A stretch of 64,000 nucleotides of DNA from Haliotis rubra (Eukaryota): assembly GCF_003918875.1 (NCBI RefSeq), contig NW_025765114.1, positions 3,286,001 to 3,350,000 of the forward strand. The letters run 5' to 3'. Shown here in pieces: positions 24,201 to 36,200 of this stretch; the first letter of the stretch is position 1, and each line of letters opens with the position of its first letter. The notes beneath the pieces were generated by a model that saw nothing but the letters and a program-made list of their open reading frames with translations, was not told the origin of the DNA and did no database searches. The position numbers were made by a program, and so were the translations under genes.

Positions 24201-27200
24201 CATCCAAGCTGACCATGTGTTTCAGATCTCTCTGAGCGGAGTATAACTGAAGTGCTGCAGCAGATGTTGTCCTCCAGTCAGCCCAAGATGCCCCAGGAGA
24301 CAGCCCAGGCAGAAACTGTACCAATGATAGCCACCACCTATTCTTGTACCAATACAAGCAATTCAGGCTTGTTAAATAATGTGTTTTCTACAGAAGCTGT
24401 TACCATGGTGACAACAAACAGCATCACAACTGGAACATTCACGGCCAATCCACCGACATCTGTGCCAATTACAAATACATGTATGGTTAATGTGCTTTCT
24501 GGGGATGGTAACTTGATTCCTGTGAAAACTGAGCCTGGTCCAACAGGATGCCAGGTTGCTTGTGATTTTCCTGTGGAAACTTGTAAGGCTCCTCATCCAT
24601 CATCAACTGAACCTGGGAACCAGAGTCAGCAGACGACTATTACTACCGGAATTGGTAATAATGTGTCGTCAAACGACATGAAAGTGGTTACCAGTAAGTG
24701 AATGTGTTTGAATTCATGTTCTATCTCAAATGTATTCCTTCTCCTTAAATTTGCCTTAAATCAAGATGGCTGCTGTTCTTGAAAGGCATTTAGAAGTTGA
24801 ACAAACATTAATAGATGACACATTTGTATGGATAACAGTTTCCTTTTATTTTTTGTATGATGTTTCAGAGCTAATTCTTGCTCCTTCATCAGGGACCGCC
24901 TCTGTGGTGTAGTGGTTAGAGCGTCCGCCTGGAGAGCGGAAGGTCACGGGTTCGATCCCCGACCGCGTCATACCAAAAGATGTTAAAATATGGTACTTGT
25001 TGGTCCCTGCCTGGCGCCCGGCATTAATGGGTACAACAAGGACTGGTCTGCTCGGAATCAGTATAATGTGTCTGAGTGGGGTATTCATGCTTCACTGCGG
25101 CATGGTATCTCAGTGGGCTAGCACTATAAAACCAGCTTAAGTCTGGGCTAGTACAAGCAGCCGCACATACACATACACACGCATGCACGTCATCATATGA
25201 GCCAAATATTCTCAAACACGACATTAAACCCAATTTCACCTCACCTCACCTCACCTCCTTCATGAGCTGAATGCTGAGTCAGTGCACAAAGTGAATATAT
25301 ATAACACACCCCACACCCACTCTTGGCTTTGTCATTCCAATATATTGTTATTTTTGTACATTAATCCTATCTTATCAGCTTCATAATGATATTGTCATCT
25401 TTGTACATTGTCCCACCTTGCATTGTGTAAACAAGTTATAATCTATATATATTCGCTTTGTGCATTGACTCAGCATTCACCTTATGAAGGAGCAAGAATT
25501 AGTTCTGAAATATCATACAAAAGTTAAAAAGAAGTTGTCATCCATAAAAACGTCTCATGTATTCAAGATGGCTGCTGTTTGTATTTTGAGTCTATGATTC
25601 AACAACCTGATCTAAGGGTGTTTGTTCAATTATGTCAGTAAATATGACAGAAAGAATAGCGTTTTGAGAAAGGAATAGTTTGCACACCTTTCTTAGGTTT
25701 TGAAATAGGAGGACTGAGCCTTTTATTATCTTCTTCCTAGGTCCGATGTCAGGGCAACAGCCACGTATGGACCTTCCCGCTGACCTGGCGAATGTGAAAC
25801 TACAAATGTTCTCACCTGTCTCCTCCTTGCCACCAGGTAATATAGGTCCACAATCTGTCCTTGAGTCCATCACAAACAGACAAACCAATACGGAGGCACC
25901 GGCATCAGATCCACCTGCCTCCTTCAACCAGAGTCCGTTTTACAGGCAACTCCACCCTAGTCACGACTAACACCACAAGCTTTCTCAATGTGGAGATCCC
26001 AGACCAGCAACAAGCTGCTGTGTCCAGTGAAATTCGGGAGATTCTAATGATGGACACAAGTAAACAAGATTTATCGCTACAAATGAATCCTGGCCGAAGT
26101 GAACATTCGATGTTGAGGCAAATGTTGACTAATAATGAAGTTGACAATAGTAGTCTGAGCCCAAGCCCTGTGTCGAGCCCTGAAGAGAATGTCCCAGAAT
26201 CAGCTTCCTCAATATCGTCTCCCAATAGCGTTTTCCATGACGCTACCAGTCAACTGACACTCATCAACAGGTCAGCGGAACTGCATCTCCAAGACGACGA
26301 TACTGCCAATGACTTGTGGAACACGGTAACTTTCAAGCAGGACCCTGTTGAAGCAGACGTCCCCAACAAAGTCCAGAAGTCCACTCACAACTCTGATGCG
26401 CACACAAATCTACAGTCTGAGATATCCGTGGAGAAGCTGTTTGATGCAGGAGGGGCAGAATCCACGATGAACTTTAAGTTTACTAAGTTTGGGCAGGAAA
26501 ACCAAGCTTTGTTTACTTTTGGTTCGAACAATCAGAGTGTTAGCTCGAGTCCTGCAGACCCCAGGTACTATAGGATTGGACTTTGTTGAGGCATTGTTTG
26601 TGTAGAGTTATGTAGTGTAGGATTGCAGTAGCACCATAGTCCGCCTCAGGTTGTATTAACTTAGTAGTTTGCGCTATAAACCTGTTGAATATGTTCATTT
26701 GTTCTGTTATTGTGTTGTTAGTTGATGTAGTGAATGGGGTAGCAAGTAACAGATAGATATAGTTTTGTAACTCATTTAATATTTAAAGAAGTCATATGCT
26801 CAACTATATGGATGACGTTATAGTTTGGTTTGGTTATTTCTAACAGCATCTTTGCCTCTTATAAGCCTGATAGAGGAACTGGGAAAACTAAATGAACTCA
26901 TGTCACAGATGGCTGGTTCCTCACCACTAACCTTTTGCTCCTCTTTTGTCTCTGTAGGCCTGCTCAGCACCTCCCCACTGCTACTGAAACTGGATCCCTC
27001 AAGTCCATGGCCCCCGCCCATACAGAGACCTCGCAAGGTGAAGGACACTGGGTTGGGGGCGCAGTTCTCTGCTCGTACCCAGCAGTATGAACTGCGGATT
27101 GTATCGCAGCCAGAGGAGCAGCACCGAGCACGTTACCTCACGGAGGGCAGTCGTGGGGCCGTCAAGGATCGTTCCCAGCAAGCTCATCCTGTTATTAAGG

Positions 27201-30200
27201 TTTGGCTTATGGGATATCTTGAGAACTTTGGCATAGATTTTGTTCAGATTTTGGGCCAAGGGGTATGCAGGGTGTCTGCAGACATCATCATTGTGATCAT
27301 GACCTTATTTTTAATAACATCTTTAATGTTGACAGAGTCTTTATTAACGGCAATGATACAACATTCATTTATGAGGTCTAGGACATGAACCTTGAACCTT
27401 GAACTTTGACCTTTCAGCTTATTGGCCACAGCGACACTGTGTGTCTGCAGGTGTTTGTGGGTAATGAGACTGGGAGAGTGAAGCCCCATGGCTTCTACCA
27501 AGCCTGCAAAGTGTGTGGCAAGAACTCCACACCCTCCAAGGAGAAGGAAATAGATGGCACTGTCGTCATAGAAACGGAAATGACACCATCAAGTGAAATG
27601 ACAGTCAGGTAATAAGTTTGTTTTGTGTTCAATAGATATGCCAGTGTTGACTGAGGGGCATTTGTAGCCCATTGATGTGGGGCATTGCTCATAACATCAA
27701 CCACTGGTTTGTGGGGCCCAGACTTATGTAACAGGTTGACATTATGCAATATATAGCTGATAGTAAGCCTATTTACCAAAACAAAACCAAATTTTCAGGT
27801 ATAGTTAAACTGAAAGTAAGTTTCTCGTGTTGTAAATAGTTGTAATGGATATGTACAAACCCAACTCTCTTCTCTTAAGTGTTGATTGTGTTGGCATCCT
27901 TAAACTGCGTAATGCTGATGTGGAGAAGAGAATCGGAGTTGCCAAAGCTCGGGCAAAGAAGAAAAACAGCACAAGGGCACGGCTGATATTCAGAGTTACC
28001 TTCCAAAAACCTGACGGCAACTTCCAGACGCTTCAAGTGGCTTCATCGCCCATCATCTGCAGTAAGTATAGGTGCCTCTTGCATGTTCACACCTGTGAAG
28101 ATCCGGGTTAGAATTGATCTTTAGTAGCTCATGCTTGTCATAAGAGGCAACTAACGGAATCGGGTGGTCAGTAAATATAGCCTAGACAATTCCGCATCTG
28201 AGCTATTGTTTGGATTTTGTAAGAGTTATTACAGATACCATTATGAGCAGCTGTTGTTACTTGATGTGTATGTGAGATCTTAGTAAGTCAGGGGTGGAAA
28301 TAACTTTAAACTTGCTAGGGTATTCCGGTACAGTGGCACATGTAAAGTCACTTGCCCTGATAATTTTTCCACTATACAGGCTGATTTTCCTGTTCATTTT
28401 TTAAATAAGCAACATAATTAACATTGGAAAGTCAACTGGACAGCGGTACACCGTGCTATACAAATTTGCTTGCCCGACAGAAAAAAGCACTGGACGGGGA
28501 CGTCGGGCAATGGGTTATTTCCACCCCTGTAAGTCAATGGAGTGTGTTGTTGTTTGTGTGTTGAACCCATTTTTGGACAGTCTTAGTCTTTGTGAGTTTC
28601 AAGTGATTACCCTTCCTAAACAGGTAAACATCGAAAACATTTATCACTTTGGTCTTTATTCCAACACTAAGCTGATGTGCTGAGATTTTAGTAAAATATT
28701 TCCATTTTAACTTAGTCACTATGCAAATGTCTGGGTCAATCTCAAATTGTTCAGATGAGTCCTGTATGAGTGATCTGCGTTTGAGTGTTATGTGAGAAGT
28801 CCTGCTGGATCTTCAAGTTCTAAATGAGATGTTCATGTGAATGATGTTTGATCAGCTCAGCCAGTGGGTCAGCCTGAGATCAGCCGGATGAGCCTGGAAG
28901 AGACACCTGCAACTGGTGGGCAGGACCTGTTCATCATTGGGAAGAACTTCCTGAAGGGCACCCAGGTCAAGTTCCAGGAGATCTCCGTTGAGAACGGCAA
29001 GACGCTGTGGGAGAAGGAGGCTGACATTGACCAGGAATATTTCCAGCAGGTAGGCACAGGAAAAACAGATTATCTGTCACTTATATTACACAGTGCTTGT
29101 TGATAAGAACGTTTTAGGAGCAACAACAACTGTGCCTGTCTGTCAATCCTGCACAATAATTGCTCTGGTTTGACACGGCTGAAGGATGCTTCCTGTGAAT
29201 CGAACCATGTGAAGCAGCTGAACAACATGAACAACATGTCATCGTATCCCAGTTGCATGGAACAATGCTCATGCTGTTGATCATTGGATTGTCTGGTCCA
29301 GACTCGATTATTTACAGACCACCGCCATATAGCTGGAATATTTCTGAGTGCAGAGTTAAACAAACCAACCAACCAATTGCAAGCATCTTCCAGTTATGTG
29401 GATCAGTGCTATGATATTAATGATTGGATTGCCTGTTCCAGACTTGAATAATTACTGACGGCAGTCTTATGGCTCAAACAATGCTGTGAGTCTTTCACAA
29501 ACCCATGTTTCTTATAAACATCAGTCATGGCTGTCAGCTCATCAAGGCAAAGTGCTCCTATTTATTTAAATCTGATTGCAGACACATTTAATCTGCAAAA
29601 TTCCTGAGTATCAACAGAAGAGCATCTCGAAACCCATCCTGGTGCAGATTGTCATCCACTGTCGAGGGAAGATCAGCGACCCCCAGGAGTTCTATTACAA
29701 CCCATGTAAGTACGGCAGTTACCTCCCCTTGTTCTTCCCAGCCCCAACTGGCCATAACCTCCTTCATACTGTGAGCGGCTTGTTGTCTTACCTTTTAAAA
29801 TAGATCTAAAACATATCTATCTATCCACAGTAAATCTAAATGTAGTGCTGATCAGCCATCCACTCAGCTCTATTGACCATTCAACGATGAGCATATGTGA
29901 TAACTTACATATGTATACTATCCTAGCTATGTGACAACCTTACCCCACTGACTTTTCAATGAATTGTTTTTCAAATGGTAATTTGTAAATCATGGGGTTT
30001 GAAATTGGAATGAATTCATGTTGGTATCTATGTGCTGTGAAATTCCCCCCTTCTATATCTGTGTGTGGGGTAGGATCGGTTGTCGACACTTCCATTGCTA
30101 CCCAAATTACAGGCGTTGTCCATAGCAACAAACTACTTTTGCCATACAAGCACTTGATGCCAAGATGAATCCATTCCGAGACAGCTTCTTTTAGACACAT

Positions 30201-33200
30201 CTATGCCCTTACAGTATTAATGAGGGATGCTTGCCATCACAGCATTACAGTATACAAGCATGAGCTTTTGCCCTATGGCGCTGAATACCGCCATACTTTG
30301 GCTCCAAAGTAATCCTTCTGCAATGTTTTCCTGCACAAGGACAACAGTTTGGCATCGGAATTGGTAAGATTATGCGTGTGTCGGCAAGGTCAGTCTGTCC
30401 CAGCTCAGGCTCAGGCAGGTTCTACGTCATCGAGATGTAAGCTGACTAGAAGTAGGGCTGCATCCGTCGCGGGGTAGGTCTTCAGCATGTGTTGTGGATG
30501 TAGAACACTGTATGCTTGGGTGTGGTTTCACTGGTTCGGAACTTAATCAGATCTTGAAACAAGTTGACCGCACGGCAGTTTGAAATAGGAAGGCGAAAAG
30601 TGCTTCATAAGCCCTTGTAACTACTTTGATTTGTGAATGTATCTTATCTCAAGATATCGGTTGTGTAGTCTGCTTGAGCCTTAGCTGTTCCTGTTTACCC
30701 AGACAAAATAAAACTGGCATCCATTGCTTAAGCAATTCATGTGCTCATGTTATACAATGTTAACCTGAAATGTTAGATTTCAGCCTGTTAATTCTAGCTG
30801 CTGAGTACCTCCCTTGCTGTTAACATAACAAACATATCTCTGGTACCTAGGGATCTGAACTAGGGAATTGTTCAGGAAGAAGGAGCATGTTTTGGCCTTA
30901 AGGTTCACAAATTAATCAATTTCCCGAGCAGTTCCTTGGTTTCAGTACTGACAAAAAATTTGCCATAAATGGAAAATGAGAACTCTTAAAATGTTTTATC
31001 TACATTATTGTTTTTTCAAAATCAGTTTGACAGATTGACATGTTCAACAGTAACTGACTTTATTTCGTTCGGCACATTTGCCAGTTGGATAATTGTAAAG
31101 AAAAAGGGAGAGACTTGGCAGTCTAGGTTGCTGAGCTCTTGGATGCCTTGATCTGATCTTATTAAAAGATCGATAATTGGACGTTGATGTTAGCATCATT
31201 GGAGAGATGGGAGTCTCATGCTACGGAGGTACTGTAAGAACAGATTTTGTTGTTTATTCTTTATTTGAAGCGTGAGACATGTGGGTGGGCAGGGGACTCT
31301 AGGAGTTCGGTTTCCTCCTCAAAAACAATCCTCCTGGTCTCACCCATTGAAAGCAATTTCTTAACCCTGGAATCTCACCGATTGTCACTCTGTGGTGAAG
31401 CAGCTTTAAGTCAGTATAAAAGGTTGCTTTCCATATAAATGTGACTCGATTTTGAAAAGCAAAGTGATGTATGGAAAATCTTGTTGGTCAAGTGTACTGA
31501 AGCAGTGGTCATTATGGAGAGTGATACCTGTCCTGATGATTCCGAGCCAAGGGTAACATTGAAGCAGCTCAACTTTCCTCCTGAGGGCATGAGAAGGGGA
31601 AACACCTTATATACATGCATGACAGATTGTCATTCTATGGCCCTCACCACATCTTGTTTTTTCTGTTTTAAACACATCACTAAATACTAAATGGAAGCAT
31701 GCAGAATGTGGGTAGTTAGGGGTTCACCTGAAGCAAGGTTTCATCTCAGCTGTTAATACAAATATATCCTATGCTTGACATGGGTATCTAATAACCAGAT
31801 TTCTCCCAACGTGTGCAAAGTTTATTCTACTTGTCTGAAGTTACTAAACATTCCACGTAGTACTGAGTCAGTCAAACCCCATAGTATTCTTCTATATCTA
31901 CCCCTTGTTTTCAACTTATTGTAACTGCTTGGACATTTGACAAGTAACCGCTCATGTATTCAAATGTCAGTCTAAATATTATCATCTCATAAACATGTTC
32001 ATAGAATAAGACAGCTGGATTTTCATGCTCTAGACTGTACTACAGTGATTGTTCAACTCTAAACTATACTACAATGATTCTTCAGCTCCAAACTCTAGGA
32101 CAGTGTTTGTTCATCTTTAGACTGTATGGCAGTGATTGTTCAGCTCTAGACAGTACGACAATGATTGTTCAGCTCTAGACAGTACGACAGTGATTGTTCA
32201 GCTCTAGACAGTACGACAGTGATTGTTCAGCTCTAGACAGTACGACATTGATTGTTCAGCTCTAGACAGTACGACAGTGATTGTTCAGCTCCAGACTGTA
32301 GGGCAGTGATTGTTTATTTATAGACAGTATGACTGATTGTTCATCTCTAGACTGTAGGGCAGGGATTGGTCAGCTCAAAACTGTATGACAGTGATTGTTC
32401 ATCTCTAGACTGTAGGGCAGGGATTGGTCAGCTCTAGACTGTATGACAGTGATTGTTCAGCTCCAAACTGTATGACAGTGATTGTTCATCTCTAGACTGT
32501 AGGGCAGGGATTGGTCAGCTCCAGACTGTATGACAATGATTGGTCAGCTCTAGACTGTATGACAATGATTGGTCAGCTCTAGACTGTACGACAGTGTTAC
32601 CTGTAGATTTATCTGGGCTGACAGTAAATATTTCATTAAAGGTCTTGTGCAGATACTAAACAGTAAAGGGTATTGCTATTCGATATCCTTCAAGTATGTA
32701 TGAGGACGTATTTGGTTTTAAAGTCTATAAATTCACAGCTGCAATCCACTCAAAACACTGGATTCAACCCAAGATTTGTAGAATTCACATACACATACAC
32801 ATATGTACTTACAGTGTAGAACTATGTAACCTGTTTGATGATGTTTAATTAACATTTGAAAACTCGGTTTTAAAAGTTCAATTAGCATTGTCAAATTTAC
32901 AGGTAAGATAGCTGTACATGGCAGTACAGCAAGACTGGTTTGCATGGCAAGGAGCAAGGGAGATAACAAATTACTCACTTTTCTGATCAACCTGAACTTG
33001 TTTCACAAAATGATGTTATCGTACATGAGATGAGGTTGTCTTAGTACTGAGGAACACCAACCTCATGAGGAGTTATGGGGTTTGACTGTCAAGGTGAAAA
33101 TTGATACACTGCAAGTAACTCTAAAAATTGATGTCCAGGGAAATTTTGTTATCAGCATGTGAGCGCATTTGAATCCCAAACACTGAATGTGATGTTCTCT

Positions 33201-36200
33201 GAATGTCTGTTGTGGCATGTTGTAACCAACTAACATGCTGTGTTCACCCAAACTACTCAGAGGTAATGGTTCCAGCTGATCCTGCCAAGTACAATGCTAT
33301 GATGTGACTCTGCTTGCTACACAACCTGCCCCTGCCCCCCCACTGTGTTTCATGCTACTTATATATCCAAACCTTTGTATATCGGGGGGGTAAAGGGGAT
33401 TCTTAATTATCTTGTAATCTTCCCTTAGACTTCCGGATCCCAGGCTGAATTGCCTTTGTGTTCTGACCTCTCGAGGTCAAAGGTCAAAGTGCAAGTGTTC
33501 GTTGTTCTTCTTCCATGTGAGTCTCCTCACTCGGATGCAGGTGGATCACTAGAGATGCTACCTTCTCACATGCCCTAGTCCATTGCCTCCAAACCTGTAC
33601 TAACATCACCTCTTTATAGCAACGCAGAGAAAACCCGATGAATACTTACCCAGATAAATCTGTAATCACGGGAAACAAACACGATTTAGTCTATCAGGCC
33701 AAACTGTTTTAACCAAATGCCGTTTTGAAAACTGAATCCAAATCATTCCTTCTCATCTCGTCTTTCTGACCTAAGCTTCTGTGGTTGTGAACTATCTTTC
33801 TAGTCAGTCTTTTTACCTTTGGCTTACCTTCGTCTGTGCTGGTAAAGGAAACAGGTTAATTCATAGAGGTGCTCCTGCTGGAACCAACATGATGCAAGTC
33901 AGGACATGTAGGATTCCGTGTCTCAGAGATTTGGACAGCTGGCCCCTTCTACAACAAATTCTCTCTCCCACCCACCCACCCACTCTGCAGTACACCATTG
34001 ACCAGTCATGTGACAAAACACACGTTGTACACATTACAATGGTATTTCCAGAAATTATTGAGAATTTGTGGTATTGTTAGTGGTACATATTCAAAGAGTA
34101 AGATACAATAACCGGGGTTATCTCCCTTATCAAAGCAGCTCAGGCCATAGAATATGTGGGAATAGATTTTAGCATTTGAAGGAACTGATAAAGTTTTGAA
34201 GTGAGCTATAACAAGTGGGCAGTCTTCTCTGAATGCACAATATAGTTTGTTCACAGAGATTGCACAGAATTCTCAATAATTTCTAGGAATGCTGAACATG
34301 CTACAATTGACACCAACACAATTCTAATTGATTAATTGTGTATCAGTCCTGTCTCATGAAGTTGTCCTTGATTATGTGTTCCTATGGTAACAATGACAAA
34401 GTTTGACATTTACATTTGATGTTACAGTGGTGTGACTTCGTTTGGTTGGAAAATGATTTAATACTCTTAGCTATTTTTTCTTCTTCTTTTAATTTGAGTG
34501 TTATCTTTTGTCACATGTCAGAATTTTTTAATTATTGGAAACAAGTTCCTTGTCTTTATGACTCCAGCATGGCCAGTTTTAACCAGGCAGTGGTCAGTAA
34601 CACAATGTTTCCTTGGTCAGTTTTACTGCTTTGTTGCTATGTGAGTTCCAATAACTCTGTAACTAATTTTAACAAATTCTTTTGTTCATTTGCGTTTGAT
34701 GAAATGAATTTAATTTCATGAAAATGCAAATATCAAACTTTGTATTCATTGTTACAGCTGGTTGTTTGTGTAGTCATTGATCAGGGAGCAGTTCTTTGTT
34801 CAGTTTGAGAATTTTGAATAGTAATTACCGGTACACAATGGAATTTTCAAATTCTTGATAAAATGATTAAAACAACAAAGAACTTTATTGAAAATAGTTT
34901 TGTATCATCACTGTATGTTTTACAAAAGTGATGGGCATTCTTCTGTAACTAGCGTGAAGCCAGCACTCACACAACCTACCCAGCAGGAGAAACAGGGGTG
35001 GGGTGGGTGGAGGTGTAGGAATGGAAGTCAATTGGGAGACAGGTCTTTCAGGCTAGATTGTCCTATATACTTCTTCAGTCATTGTTGTAAAGATATGTAG
35101 GTAGGGGCTGGGGAGGGGATTTCATATTGTATACAGCTTGTGGGAAGTTGACAGGGAAGGGGATCTCATGTCTGATGCAGCTTGTGGGTAGAGGTTATGG
35201 AGGGGATTTTGTATAGGATGCAGCTTGTGGATAGAGGTTAGGGAAGGGATTTTGTATAAGATGCAGCTTGTGGGTAGAGGTTAGGGAGGGGATTTTGTAT
35301 AGGATGCAGTTTGTGGGTAGAGGTTAGGGAAGGGATTTTGTATAGGATGCAGCTTGTGGGTAGAGGTTAGGGAAGGGATTTTGTATAGGATGCAGCTTGT
35401 GGGTAGAGGTTAGGGAGGGGATTTTGTATAGGATACAGTTTGTGGGTAGAGGTTAAGAATTGGATTTCATATGGGATGCAGCTTGTGGTAGACGTTAGAG
35501 AGGGGTTTCATTTGGGATACAGCTTGTGGGTAGAGGTTAGGGAGGGGATTTCATATGGGATGCAGCTTGTGGGTAGAGGTTAGTGAAGGGATTTCATATG
35601 GGATGCAGCTTGTGGGTAGAGGTTAGGGAAGGGATTTCATATGGGATGCAGCTTGTGGGTAGAGGTTAGGGAGGGGATTTCATATGGGATGCAGCTTGTG
35701 GGTAGAGGTTAGGGAGGGGATTTCATATGGGATACAGCTTGTGGGTAGAGGTTAGGGAAGGGATTTCATATGGGATGCAGTTTGTGGGTAGAGGTTAGGG
35801 AGGGGATTTCATATGAGATGCAGCTGGTGGGCTGTGTGAGGGGACACTTCATCAGCTCCTGCCCCTTGATCCTGACTTTTGTGTGATGATTACCATGGCA
35901 GTCTGGGAACCTGCACTAATCTGTTTCTTTGTCCACTTGAAGTGCCGACCCAACAAGTGGAAGTTCCAATGGAAACAGATCAGAGTCAGAGCAAGAACGC
36001 CCTGCCCTGTGTTTCACCAGGTGAGGACTCCTGACATTCATTGATAGAATTTGTAGTTTGGTCTTGTACAATGTGGGTATTGTTTTTAAACTGTGGTGGA
36101 TCCTGTTTTCCTTCCAGTAGCATCCCATTAATTCTTTTTGTGCAAATGAGGAGTAAATAAAAGTATTCCTGAGAGATCCCAAACATTCCTGCTTGTTATG

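Noticed and set aside
30900-31700. Possible decayed retroelement coding sequence
   Set aside because: No diagnostic motif could be confirmed by eye.
34888-35100. Possible NFAT5 exon ([15 protein letters not shown])
   Set aside because: Its open frame needs phase-2 boundaries while the flanking exons are phase 1; 29705 splices in frame to 35943 without it.
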